Below, one piece after another: positions 13,330 through 26,424 of a DNA stretch of 64,000 nucleotides. The first letter of the stretch is position 1, and each line of letters begins with the position of its first letter. The notes under the pieces are model-generated. The model was not told where the DNA came from, did not search any database, and saw only the letters and a program-made list of their open reading frames with translations. A program made the translations under genes and the position numbers. Source of the stretch: Squalus acanthias. Its lineage: Eukaryota. The stretch covers positions 6,076,001 through 6,140,000 of the forward strand of contig CM059432.1 in the NCBI GenBank assembly GCA_030390025.1, given 5' to 3'.

Positions 13330-14668
13330 CTCAATTGTCAGTCTAATCATTTGGCACTCTGCCCCTCAAAAAACTCCTAGACTCACTCGCCCTCCACACG
13401 CATCTCCAAACCTGGGCATTGGTTCGCTGGTGCTACAAGCTGACTTCACTCTCTATCAACAAGTCAACTTCATCCCATCACAGGACCTCGGACTTCAACT
13501 TTGGACTCGCTCTTATTGTCTACTCCCTATCTTCTGTTTACAACCGGGACATATCTATCCCAATCTTTGCCATGCCTATGTAACCTGATTTTCGCCAGCA
13601 TCTATTCGCATGTGCCGCACCGGACCAGAGTCTGTTAATTCTATTTCTTTCTCTTCTCTTTATCCCTCTTGTACCCTCCTCTCCTGTTTCCTCCCTTTCC
13701 TGTTATCCAGTCATACCTCCTTTCATTTCTCTCCCCTCAGGTACTTTTCGACCGCTAAATCCCGACCCCAACCCTTCACTATTCCTTTACCTTCTTACTC
13801 TCCTGCCACCATACCAGGCTTGACTTCTTGCATAAGCCCAAAGGATCCCTGTATGGCTCTCTTGGCATTCTCTGAAGGGCCAATCAAGGGACTCGTCACT
13901 GCCTCCGAAGCAGCAATTCCAACTGCCCCATTCTCTTCTCTTGCTGACCTTCCCACCCATCGCACTCGCTGGAGGCTAATCTTACCAATCTACGTCCCAT
14001 ACCATTCATCCCTCGCACCGCTGACCCTGTGGACTCTGCCATCGGATCAGCTATCACCAGCCCTCTCCGCATCGTCGCCCTCCAGAATGTCTGTTCACTT
14101 GCAAACAAGATCCTTGCCATCCATGACCTTATTGCGGATGATTGCATTGACATCATGGCTTTCACGGAAACTTGGCTCACAGATGACTCTCCTACCCATA
14201 TTCACAGCCATCCCCTCAACTATGCCATCTCACAAAGCATATCTATTCCCATCATCTCAATCACAGACAAAGCCGTCAATGTTTACTTCCTTGTATCCCT
14301 TGCCACTTTCATCCTCCTTTAAACCCCACTTCATTCTGCGTCCACCCCTGGAAAAAACTCTCCCTCAGGTCACTTATAATGGCGCTTTCAAACTCCCAAC
14401 TGTCTCGCTTTTGGCCCTTCATTCGCCACAATACTTCTCCAGCTGTCCATCTGCTCAATCACTCCCTCAGCTTTTGATGCCCTTGTCCCCATTAAAACCT
14501 TACTCTCTCACACCCTGGTTTTTCTCTCTGGTACAAACCCCATCGCATCCCTTAAATCCAAAGGGCTCGGACTTGAACACGTATGGTGCACAACTGGTTT
14601 AGCCATTCATCGCCAGATCTGGCTGGACCACATCAAGTATTTACGGGCCCTGTTCTCTTCTGCCAAGA
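13330..14668 (+). mobile_element. Degenerate L2-clade LINE fragments (endonuclease and linker)
   Basis: LQNVCSLANK...IDIMAFTETWL (ORF 14029..14322). C/T-rich L2-like composition. Confidence 0.65.
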
Positions 14669-17300
14669 TTGAGACCATCCATTCAGGTGTCTTTGCCGGC
14701 GGTGGTATACAGTCGGGAGGGAGTGGCCCTGGGAGTCTTCAACATTGAGGTCTCATGGCTTCAGGTCAAGCATGAGCAAGGAAACCTCCTGCTGATTACC
14801 ACCTACCGCCCTCCCTCAGCTGATGAATCAGTACTCCTCCATGTTGAACACCACTTAGAAGAAGCACTGAGGGTATAGCATATGCACAGAATGTACTCTG
14901 GGTGGGGGACTTCAATGTCCATCACCCAGAGTGGCTTGGTAGCACCACTACTGACCGAGCTGGCCGAGTCCTGAAGGGCATAGCTGCCAGACTGGGCCTG
15001 CGGCAGGTGGTGAGAAAACCAACACGAGGGAAAAACTTACTTGACCTCGTCCTCACCAATCTACCTGTCGTAGATGCATCTGTCCATGACAGTATTGGTA
15101 GCAGTGATCACCGCACAGTCCTTGTGGAGACTAAGTCCCACCTTCACACTGAGGACATCCTCTATCGTGTTGTGTGGCGCTACCACCGTGCTAAATGGGA
15201 TAGATTCAGAACAGATATAGCAGCTCAAAACTGGGCATCCATGAGGCGCTGTGGGCCAGCAGCAGCAGAATTGTATTCTACCATAATCTGTAACCTCATG
15301 ACCCGGCATATCCCTCACTCTACCATCACCATCAAGCCAGGGGACCAACCCTGGTTCAATGAGGAGCGTAGAAGAGCAAGTCAGGAGCAGCACCAGGAAT
15401 ACCTAAATATGAGGTGCCAACCTGCTGCAGCACAGGACTAAACAGCGGAAGCAGCATGCTATAAAAAGAGCTAAGTGATCCCACAACCAATGGATCAGAT
15501 CAAAACTCTGCAGTCCTGCCATATCCAGTCGTGAATGGTAGTGGACAATTAAACAACTTATAGGAGGAAGAGGCTCCATGAATATCCCCTCCTCAATGAT
15601 GGCGGAGCCCAGCACCCAAGTGCAAAAGACAAGGCTAAAGCATTTGCAACCATCTTCAGCCAGAAGTGCCAAGTGGATGATCCATCTCGGCCTCCTCCTG
15701 AGGTCCCCACCATCACAGAAGCCAGTCTTCAGCCAATTCAATTCACTCCACATGATATCAAGAAACGGCTGAGCACACTGGATACAGCAAAGGCTATGGG
15801 CCCCGACAACATCCCGGCTGTCATGCTGAAGACTTGTGCTCCAGAGCTAGCTGCGCCTCTAGCCAAGCTGTTTCAAGCTACAACACTGGCATCTACCCAA
15901 CAATGTGGAAAACTGCCCAGGTATGTCCTGTCCACAAAAAGCAGGACAAATCCAATCCAGACAATTACCGCCCCATCAATCTACTCTCAATCATCAGGAA
16001 AATGCTGGAAGGTGTCGTCGAAAGTGCTATCAAGCAGCACTTACTCACCAATAACCTACTCACCGATGCTCAGTTCGGGTTCCGCCAGGACCACTCGGCT
16101 CCAGACCTCATTACAGCCTTGGTCTAAACATGGACAAAGGAGCTGAATTCCAGAGGTGAGGTGAGAGTGACTGCCCTCGATATCAAGGCAGCATTTGACC
16201 GAGTGTAGCATCAAGGAGCCCTAATAAAATTGAAGTCAACAAGAATCAGGGGGAAAACTCTCCACTGACTGGAGTCATACCTAGCACAAAGGAAGATGGC
16301 TGTGGTTGTTGGAGGTCAATCATCTCAGCCCCAGGATATCGCTGCAGGGGTTCCTCAGGGCAGTGTCCTAGGCCCAACCATCTTCAACTGCTTCATCAAT
16401 GACCTTCCCTCCATCATAAGGTGAGAAGTTGGGAGGTTTGCTGATGATTGCACAGTGTTGAGTTCCATTCGTAACTCCTCAGATAATGAAGCAGTCCATG
16501 CTCGCATGCAGCAAGACCTGGATGACATTCAGGCTTGGGCTGATAAATGACAAGTAACATTCGCACCACACAAGTGCCAGGCAATGACTATCTCCAACAA
16601 GCGAGAGTCTAAACAACCGCCCCATGACATTCAACGGCATTACCATCGCCGAATCTCCCCCCATCAACATCCTGGGGGTCACCATTGACCAGAAACTTAA
16701 CTGGACCAGCCACATAAATACTGTGGCTACAAGAGCAGGTCAGAGACTGGGTATTCTGCAGTGAGTGTCTCACCTCCTGACTCCCTAAAGCCTTTCCACC
16801 ATCTACAAGACACAAGTCAGGAGTGTGATAGAATACTCTCCACTTGCCTGGATGAGTGCAGTTCCAACAACACTCAAGAATCCCGAACCCATTCAGGACA
16901 AAGCAGCCCGCTTTATTAGCTCCTCATCCACCACCTTAAACATTCACTCCCTGCACCACCGGTGCACCGTGGCTGCAGTGTATACCAGCTGCAATATGCA
17001 CTGCAGCAACTCACCAAGGTTTTTTCGACAGCACCTCCCAAACCCGCGACCTCTACCACCTAGGAGAAGGGCAGCAGGCGCATGGGAACACCACCACCTC
17101 CAAGTTCCCTTCCAAGTCACACACAATCCTGACTTGGAAATATATTGCCGTTCCTTCATCGTTGCTGGGTCAAAATTCTGGAACTCCCTCCCTAACAGCA
17201 CTGTGGGAGTACCTTCACTTCACGGACTTCAGTGGTTCAAGAAGGCGGCTCACCACCACCTTCTCAAGGGCAATTAGGGATGGGCAATAAATGCTGGCCT
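14669..17300 (+). mobile_element. Second CR1-group non-LTR retrotransposon family: ORF2 (EN + RT) and 3' end, many stops and frameshifts
   Basis: Motifs [51 protein letters not shown]. Tail ccaccaccttctcaagggcaattagggatgggcaataaatgc. Confidence 0.88.
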
Positions 17301-18139
17301 TATACTAAACAAATAGAACAGCATATCAGAAGATGAGGATTCACAACCTAAAAAAATATCCAGCTGTCTTGTTTCGTACATCCTAAAATCCAGAGAAATT
17401 GGGTAGCACCATAGACAAGAATATTTCCGTCCCAATTTTGGAGTCAAACAAGAGTCGACTCTTTCTCAGAGCTATCAACTGTTCCAAGAGGATTTCCCAA
17501 TAAACAAGTCTAGAGTGTAAAACTCCCCTTAGGTTCAGCACAGTTGCTATTAATGTACCAAGACATGACAAAAAGAGAAAGCATGACAATCAGAAAAGCA
17601 CTGAAAGGGTGCAATACAGGGTGGGAGGGGATTGTTCTGATGTTAAATTTTAGCCACCATATTAGAACAATGTAGGAAACGCAGTGCCTTGTATTGGATC
17701 CATGCATTCCATATCCATCTCGAGAGAGAGAGAGCGCTCAAGCAGTCAGCATTTTCTACCCTCAATCTAATTAACACAACATAAATATATAATTTTGATT
17801 TTTCGAATTGGATTGTCGACAAGCATGGATGCGCACAGCTTCACGCCAGGATGGTAAATTTGCAACATGTTGAGAGCACAAGTGAAAGCATCTGCTTTCT
17901 CAAAAGCATTAAAAAAAAAGACTGACAAGTTTATAATGTGTCCAGGAGGCACAACAATTTATCCAAGTGCTTGTTAAACCCAGTTTGACACGGCACTAGA
18001 ATTATACTCCAGAGTATCAAGCCCAAAGTATGAGACGGCCTCCCGTAGAGGGGGGGTCTCGCACTGCTGCATTCCAGAGTCAGATGTAGACACAGCTGAT
18101 CATCAACCTGAAAATGGCAGTGTAAGTAAAGAACCACCA

Positions 18140-18280
18140 GAGAATTTACAGCACAGAAACAGGCCATTCGGCCCCACAGGCCCATGCCGGTGTTTATGCT
18201 CCACACGAGCCTCCTCCCACCCCTCTTCATCTAACCGTATCAGCATATCCTTCTAGTCTTTTCTCCCTCATGTACTTATT
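18140..18280 (-). mobile_element. CR1 3' UTR fragment (third family)
   Basis: Same 3' UTR as the copies at 50077, 59262 and 62885 (gaatggcctgtttctgtgctgta). Confidence 0.7.
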
Positions 18281-19249
18281 GAGCAACCACGATCCAAAAA
18301 TTGCAAAAGTATACAAATTCCAGGTATTAATCCAAAAGAATACAATAACAGTATTATTTCCCCAATGACTGACAGTTGATTATCATTCAAACTTCCTGAT
18401 CACCTTAAAATCATGGATTTTTCAATGTAGGTAATAATACCCCAACAAAATAAAGCATCCTGACCACTGCCTCCCATTATACCCTCAACTAGAGAGGTAA
18501 ATGTGTAAAGGAATAGCTATATTTCAGAAAAATACACCATCCTATGAACAGAATTCTGATTTTATTAAAATATGACAAACTGGGTTTAAAAATCTAAAAG
18601 CCTCAACGACACAAAGCTGTAAATACAGGCTTCTGAGATAAGATGAGTCACAAAGCTGTAAACACCATACAAGCTTTTGAAATTGGAATTGGTTGTTGTC
18701 ACTAAAACAATGGCTCTATTGAAGAAGCAAAGAGTTTCTTCCAAGAAGTCTGCAGTTTGGAACCAACACAATAGCTATACCCAGTTTAAAGTGTTATAAA
18801 CTAACACTTCGAACAGAAACACAGAACATTAAAAAACCATGTGTCTTTGTAAAAGTAACATCAAATGAAAGACAGGAAACATAAGTTTGTAATATAACCT
18901 ACTAAGATGGCTGGGGAAACAATCAAGTACTCGGTTGAAGTGTTTTTGATTTACATGTTGTAAAAGGTACAAACAGAAGACTTTGTAAATATTACATCAA
19001 TAGATGCACCAAGCAATCACATTGTGTTTGTGTTGAAAATGGAACAACTAGGAGACACGACGTCTGCTTTCAACCAGTTAAAGTGATTTAAGAATTCAAT
19101 AGAAGACCTTCGTAAGAATGGCATCAAATAGATAAATCTGTTATAACCATTTTTTATGATAAGTTTTGAAACACCAACACAGCAGATATAATTATGCATG
19201 CAGCAGCTGAACTGACAGTAAGATTAGAAAGAAGTCAACAGAAAATATG

Positions 19250-20030
19250 ACTGGAGATAATTAGCTTTCATCAGCAGAAAACTTCAAAGGATATGCCACT
19301 GCAAAAAGAGTATAAGATATGGAACTTTCAGATAGGAAGTCAGAAGTCGCTAGAAGGGGCAAGCGATTCTCAACTTCAGAGGCAGGCTCTGTAAGTTTTT
19401 AACTCTTTGAGTCTCGGGGATCAAAAGGTACTTTTATTTGATTTTGGTGGATATCCTGGATTATAAATAAGTACGAAGTGTGGAAATGTAACGAAGTTAA
19501 GATTTGAGAATAACGATCTCTGATAAGAAATATAAGCTATTTGTATTTTGAACTGTTAAAGTTGCGATTGAATCACGAGCTGTTAGCTGCATGTCGGTTC
19601 TTTAATAAATCTATATATTTTTCGAATTGTCTCACATAGTATTTCTGTATCAAACTCGCGAACTCAATTTCTGTACACTCTTTTGTGAGGAGTTGCAGAA
19701 TTCTGGAGGGGTTTTCCAGACCCTCATAATATCCGGAAGATTACAGTCTAGTTAAACTTATTAAAAGTGCTATCTGGAGGACGGTAACATCTTCAAGTCG
19801 TTCCTTTCCTTTAGGGAGAGATAGCCTGGACCTTTAGACCCAATTAAGCATCTCTCGGATTCGGCTATCTCTAACTTTAGTTGAAGGTGAACGTCTGGGG
19901 AATACGCCTGATCTGGGGTAGCCCGAAAAGGGCTAGGACTCGTAATTATCCCTTCAAATGGAGGGAAGTTACAAATGACTCAATTGCTAGATAACGTGCA
20001 AACATCAACAGTAGCAGTTGTGATTTCCAA
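19250..20030 (-). mobile_element. Possible highly decayed L1-type ORF1 remnant
   Basis: Broken minus-strand reading gives CNLRIL*GL, ATL.V, QDIS and PLKLRI, reminiscent of L1 ORF1p. Many frameshifts. Confidence 0.3.
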
Positions 20031-20153
20031 TAGCGCTAGCCTCATTTCTAAAAGTAGATCTGATATTTCATTGTAAGCTATGTAAATTTCCCTCACAAAA
20101 TGGTATTATATCTGGTTTCCGTATCGTGTTCCATTATTAAAACCACTCCTTCA

Positions 20154-20411
<258 letters not shown>

Positions 20412-20680
20412 TCACAATTACAGTTTTATTACTAATTCACAAAGTGCTTAGAAATCTCACTGCATTTTTAAACATTTTCTTTCCTGTATCAACTCCTGAC
20501 TACTGTTGGTCAAATTTTCTTTTCTAATATGCAAAAGTAAAGTAATTAAAAGTAAAAGTACTGCACTATAAGAGGTCACACAATATGAAACTTGGATTTC
20601 TCTTTTAAATGTACAGACAAATCATCTTATTTTATGTTGCTACGTAAAAGAAAATAGCAAATAATTTCATCCAATGAGGG

Positions 20681-20828
20681 TTCCATCGGTCTTCTGCTGC
20701 AACTCTGGTGGGACACTGGCAGAATACCTTGGGAGATGGTGGATATGACCATTTCCATTGTTACCCTGGGGCTTCAGCCAGTGTCCCACTGGAGTTATGG
20801 GAAGGAGATCGTTGGAATTTCAGCCCCA
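20681..20828. repeat. Imperfect ~145-bp palindrome (decayed MITE)
   Basis: ctctggtgggacactggc / gccagtgtcccactggag arms. Right end tttcagcccc resembles the Harbinger-type TIR. Confidence 0.7.
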
Positions 20829-22438
20829 TATGTTTCTTGTTCAGATGAGCCAATACAAATTATAGCTAATAGAGATCCAATTGCTGGGTCTCCACAGAAA
20901 AAACAAATAACTTGATTTTTTTTTAAGCACATCTACCTCAGAACTCCCATCGCTTTGCCCATTGTGAGCTGGACGTGGTGCTATTTTGTAACAATAGTGA
21001 TATTAATACCATGAATGGGAGAACATCAGGGCCACTGACCGACAGTGACTGAATAAGTTAAGTTCAGTTTTTATTGAATGCTGTTCTAGGATTTTTCAGT
21101 GAAAAGTGTAAATGAGTGCCTTTTAGTTTACATATATATTCCTCTATGTATTTAATTTTTATCCCTTACCAGTTTTAAAGTTGAGAATATACCGCAAGAT
21201 TGCATGCAAAATGTATCAGTGGAGTTAGACAACTTATTTAATAGTAATGGACCAGGAGAGTGGGGTGCAGCGGCATTGGCATGATACTTTGCTTTGGCCC
21301 TGGGCTTTGCCAGAACTTGGGTGGGAGTTCTGAAGTTTGGCAGCACTGCAGCGTCTTCCGTTTTTAAAAGTGTTCTTTTTAAAAAGATTCTTGTTTCATA
21401 TCACGTGGACTTAAAACAACCCTCCAATTGTACACCAGAGCAATATGCTCAGAGTTCTAGTGCCTAACCTTGTTCACATTAGCACCTCTCAATTTCCCTT
21501 CCATTTCTCTCTGATAATGACAATGTGGTAAGAAAGAAATTTAGGCTGGTACTGTATATTACTGCTCATTATGGCAGCTTCCTGAAACATGCGTTTTGAG
21601 CTCACATCTTTCTGACGACTTCCCAGTTCAATTACCTTGCTTATTACATCTATCACAAAATTCAGAATGGATCTATCAAAAATAAACACAAAACACATAA
21701 TAGGTATAACAGACGAGGTGGGATGCATTATCCATAGGGATGTAACCATGCATCACCAAATCTAGCACTTTAGGATGGATGGGGCCCACTGTGGAAATGA
21801 CATGTGTGGATTCAGGAGATACACCAGAGCTAATTATTCGAATTTCATACTTTCCTTTATGCATTTTCACTCTGTTTATTCCATATTTTTCCTGTTTGTT
21901 GTAGAATCAAGTAAATACAAGGAAAAAGTATGTAGCCTCAACCACAGCTCTGGGAAAACGATTCAGCATGCCATTTTATAACAGCAATGAACAAATTTGG
22001 GAAATTTGTCTGACAGTAGATGTAATTTTGACTGCTCCCATAGGACATGCAACTTATATTTGGGCCCCATTCTGCAATCAGGAAACTCCTGCTCCTTTAT
22101 TACTAGTATGTACACTGACTCAGTGCAGTCGTCATCACCTGCTTGCCCCCCCCCTTCAATAATCATCTGCTTCCAATTGTAACTCATACAAGGAATTAGC
22201 TTCATCGATATGTACACAAATATGATAGGTGCACAAAGACAATTCAGATGCACAGTATCTATAATTTAGGGACTGTGCAAGTATTTATATTCTGTATTGA
22301 TGAAAGCTGAATTCATGGCAATAGTGTATTATATTAATACTGCTTTATAAATCTTTGTATTGTTAGTTACTAAAAAAGTTTAAGGAATTTTAAAAAGTTA
22401 TATATAAATAAAAACTTAAAACAATTCCAGCAGGGCTC

Positions 22439-22710
22439 CATAAGAACTTAGGAAATAGGAGCAGGAGTAGGCCATTTGGCCCTTTGAGCCTGCTCCACCA
22501 TTCAATAACATCATGGCTGATCTTCCACCTCAACTCCACTTCCCCACCCTATTCCCATATCCCTTAGTTCCCTTAGTATCAAAAAATCTATCGATCTAAG
22601 CCTTGAATATACTTAACGACTGAGCATCACAGCCCTCTGGGGTAGAGAATTCCAAAGACTCACACAAGTGAAGAAATTTCTCCTCATTCCAGTCCTAAAT
22701 GGCTGACTCC
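22439..22710 (-). mobile_element. CR1 3' fragment
   Basis: Same tail as the copies at 7551 and 28074. Confidence 0.85.
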
Positions 22711-23583
22711 AACGGGTGCTTCTGATTCACTGAATGCAACCTTTTATTTTTTGTGCTTATTAAGGTGAAAGATGTTACTGTAATTCTGTAATTTCCCCCA
22801 CCCCCAACTCTCCCATGCCCTCTCGGAGATCATCTCTTCGACTAGAGCCACCTCCTGCTCCCTTTACCCCTCCCCTCATCTCTTGACCACTTAACATCCC
22901 CTCTTTGTTCCTCATGCTAGTTGATATTAATTATTCCCCAGTTCCCTTAGGCACTGTTTCTCTCCTGTTTAAAGCCACTGTCATCAACCCCTCTTCAATA
23001 ACTGATCCTGGACACATCTGACCTCTCCAACTGCAGCCACATTTCTAACCTCTCGGTCCTCTCCAAGGTCCTTGAATGTGTTGTCACCTCCCAGTTTAGT
23101 GCCCATCTCCAAGAACTTCCTGTTCAAATCCCTCCGATCAGGCTTCCCCTATCTCACAACACCAAGACGACTCTGGCAAAAGTCACAAAAGACATCCTCT
23201 GTGATTGTGTCCATGATGTGTTCTCTCTCACCGTTGCAGAATTTAATACTATGCCATCTTCCTTTATCACTTCTCCTCAGTTCTCTAGCTCCATAGAACT
23301 GACCCTACATGGATCCAATCCTATCTGAATGTAACAAATACATATCCAGTAATGGCTTCTTTTCCCACCACTGCACCATCACCCTCCGAGTCCCCCAATG
23401 ATCTATCCTTCAGCTTCCTCTTACTCACCTGCACGCTGCCCCTCAGTGATATCATCTGTCGGCAGTGTTAGCTTCCATGTGTGTACTGATGATCATGATG
23501 CGGAGATGCCGGTGTTGGACTGGGGTGGACAAAATTGAGAGGTCGCACAACACCAGGTTATAGTCTAACAGTTTTATTTTAAA

Positions 23584-23621
23584 TCACAAGCTTTCGGAGT
23601 TACAACTCCTTCGTCGGGTGA
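23584..23621 (-). ncRNA. Mirror-copy hammerhead motif, sense to the STK3 pre-mRNA
   Basis: Exact reverse complement of 24819-24856. Confidence 0.7.
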
Positions 23622-24181
23622 AGTGAGGAGATACAGAATCGTCAAAGCATATATAGATAGAGAACAATGCATGTGTAACTTACAATTGCAGACAACTAAA
23701 TTCAATCATCCTGACTGTTTATCTGCCGAGGTGTGATAAAGTTAATCAGGTCAGCCAGGAAGGTACCACATCAAAGACATAGCAAGATACAACTGAGACA
23801 ATGAGGTGGAATCGCATGGGGTCTAACGTGTCAAAAGCTGCCGTCTGTATGTAAAACGATTAACTTTAAAATTTTTACTTTTTTACTGGGAATCACATCT
23901 GTGAACAAGCCAACGACGACTCGAGTCCGGATCACGTCATGTATCGTGACATAAACCCAAGATCCCGATTGAGACCGTCTTCATGAGTGCGGAACTTGGC
24001 TATCAGTTTCTGCTCGATGATTTTGCGTTGTCGTGTTTTCCTAAGGCCGCCTTGGAGAACGCTTACCCGCAGATCCGAGGCTGAATGTCCTTGACTGCTG
24101 AAGTGTTCCCCGACTGGGAGGTAACAATCCTGCCTGGCGATTGTTGCGCGGTGCTCGTTCATACGTTGTCTCAGTGTCTGC

Positions 24182-24508
24182 ATGGTCTCGGCCAACGTTG
24201 TCTACCTCATACGTTGCAGGAAAGAATGCACCGCGGCATGGTACATCGGCGAGACCATGCAGACACTGAGACAACGTATGAACGAGCACCGCGCAACAAT
24301 CGCCAGGCAGGATTGTTACCTCCCAGTCGGGGAACACTTCAGCAGTCAAGGACATTCAGCCTCGGATCTGCGGGTAAGCGTTCTCCAAGGCGGCCTTAGG
24401 AAAACACGACAACGCAAAATCATCGAGCAGAAACTGATAGCCAAGTTCCGCACTCATGAAGACGGTCTCAATCGGGATCTTGGGTTTATGTCACGATACA
24501 TGACGTGA
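24182..24508 (+). pseudogene. 5'-truncated Penelope GIY-YIG endonuclease domain (mirrored on the minus strand at 23932-24190)
   Basis: NVVYLIRC...WYIGET...RMNEHR...HF...E..LI...GLN motifs, open to the stop codon. Confidence 0.88.
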
Positions 24509-24818
24509 TCCGGACTCGAGTCGTCGTTGGCTTGTTCACAGATGTGATTCCCAGTAAAAAAGTAAAAATTTTAAAGTTAATCGTTTTACATACAGACGGC
24601 AGCTTTTGACACGTTAGACCCCATGCGACTCCACCTCATTGTCTCAGTTGTATCTTGCTACGTCTTTGATGTGGTACCTTCCTGGCTGACCTGATTAACT
24701 TTATCACACCTCGGCAGATAAACAGTCAGGATGATTGAATTTAGTTGTCTGCAATTGTAAGTTACACATGCATTGTTCTCTATCTATATATGCTTTGACG
24801 ATTCTGTATCTCCTCACT

Positions 24819-24856
24819 TCACCCGACGAAGGAGTTGTAACTCCGAAAGCTTGTGA
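24819..24856 (+). ncRNA. Minimal hammerhead ribozyme motif in the Penelope pLTR (core variant CCGACGA)
   Basis: Stem I tcac/gtga, CCGACGA, stem II ggagt-tgta-actcc, GAAA, palindromic AAGCTT stem III. Confidence 0.7.
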
Positions 24857-25613
24857 TTTAAAATAAAACTGTTGGACTATAACCTGGTGTTGTGCGACCT
24901 CTCAATTTTATACTGATGATACCCAGCTCTACTTCTCTTGTCCCCACAATTACCTACATGCTGTCAGATTGCCTGCTCAATGTCAAGTCTCCTCCAACTG
25001 ACCATCGGAAAACTGAATCCATAGTTTCTCCCCTCTGCTATTTTCTTTACACAGCAGGTCAGTCGGCATTCGTAAAAAGAAAAGACAAGGTTATGATATT
25101 TTGGGAGTGTATGCTTCATCAGGTCTACAGTTTTAATGAAGGATACACGCATGCAATGTCATTATCTGTAAAGAGAAATGTCAAGTTCTGACTAACTTGA
25201 TCTGTATTTCCAGCATTTTCTATTTTTATTTCAGATATTTTTTTTAACTTTTTATAAATTGGAGATGGTTCAGAGAAGACTAAAAAGCTGACTGGCTTTT
25301 CAGCTCTAAGATTGTGGTTTCAATCCAGCCAAAACTATAGAAATGAAAGTTTACTGTCGGTAAAAGACATTTGGATACTCTCAGCCCAGCAGGTAGGGGG
25401 ACACTGCATAAAACTGTCCCTAATTCTATTCTTATTGGTAATGTTGCTGAGAAAGGCCACTGGGTAATGTCACAGTGGCACAGTAAAACTTCCCTTTGAG
25501 GCTGGGAATGAATCACATTGTTAGTATTGAGTAAAGGAAGTTTTACTCTGCATCTAACCATGCTGTACCTGAACGACATCAACTATTTAAGTTTAATCTT
25601 ATTGGTTACTTAC

Positions 25614-25778
25614 TGTCAGCTGACCTGCAACACCAAAATCCGCAAGCTTTGCATGACCTTCTGTATTCAGTAGGATATTTCCAGCTTTGATGTCTCGGTG
25701 GATTTTTCTCATGAAGTGTAGATATTCCAGCCCTTTCAAGGTGGATTTAAGAATTGTTGCTATTTCATCTTCTATTAG
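25614..25778 (-). CDS. STK3: STK3 coding exon (exon 5 equivalent): [55 protein letters not shown]
   Basis: 165 bp, translated by hand. Acceptor ttatag, donor gtaagt. Contains the HRDIKAGN catalytic loop and [14 protein letters not shown] is STK3-type. Confidence 0.93.
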
Positions 25779-26424
25779 CTATAATCAGAACATAGCACAT
25801 GCGAAATGTTAGATCACAGCATTAAAATTCAATGCTATTTTAACATCTAAATACATACAGTAAATATTTAAATCCCCTACTACTCTAACTTTAGATACTT
25901 CCATTTTAATGAAACAAACATTGCCCATTTCTGGCACCAGTATCTTGTACATTTTTCCATATTACCACGTAAGGAACTTTAAAATTTATTTCTCATGGAC
26001 ACACTAACATCCAGTACCATAATGCAGAGATACATGCAGATTTGAGTGCCACTCCACTTGGTTGCTGACCAGAGGTTTATCAACTGAAGAAGTTCCAAGC
26101 AGAAGCTGTGGAGACTTCTAATGGGGTAGTGGTGGGAGGGAGGGGAAACAACAAAAAAAATCAGTTACTGGAGTCATTCTTTGGGTGTTCCCACCACCTC
26201 CTAGAAGGGGGCATTGGTGGTGGCCTGACAGCAGGCTGTGTGTGCTCCATCAGATCCAGGACGACAAAGAAAGACATTTAAAAAAAACTCTCATGAAATA
26301 AAAGGCCGAAAAATGCATCTTTCATTTTTACAAGATTTCAAACATAATTCTGAAATAGTTCTTCCAATGACTTGCAGCAACATTTTACATAGTCATTAAA
26401 CCCTTATGACCAAAGAGCAAACCT

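Larger units (their letters stand above)
23494..24910. mobile_element. Penelope-like retroelement inserted as an inverted repeat (660-bp arms, 59-bp spacer)
   Basis: Arms 23531-24190 and 24250-24909. An extra ~37-nt tail only on the left. 10-bp TSD tactgatgat (23484-23493 and 24911-24920). Confidence 0.93.
22800..25020 (+). mobile_element. Degenerate L2 RT fragment, split by a Penelope insertion
   Basis: Remnants of PISNL..LSKVLE, QSGF, (G)VPQ.SIL and tactgatgatacccagctctac (YADDTQLY-like). Confidence 0.7.

Noticed and set aside
13610..14602. 330-aa ORF as a novel gene
   Set aside because: S/P/L-rich off-frame reading of a C/T-rich L2 remnant; the real L2 motifs are in another frame.
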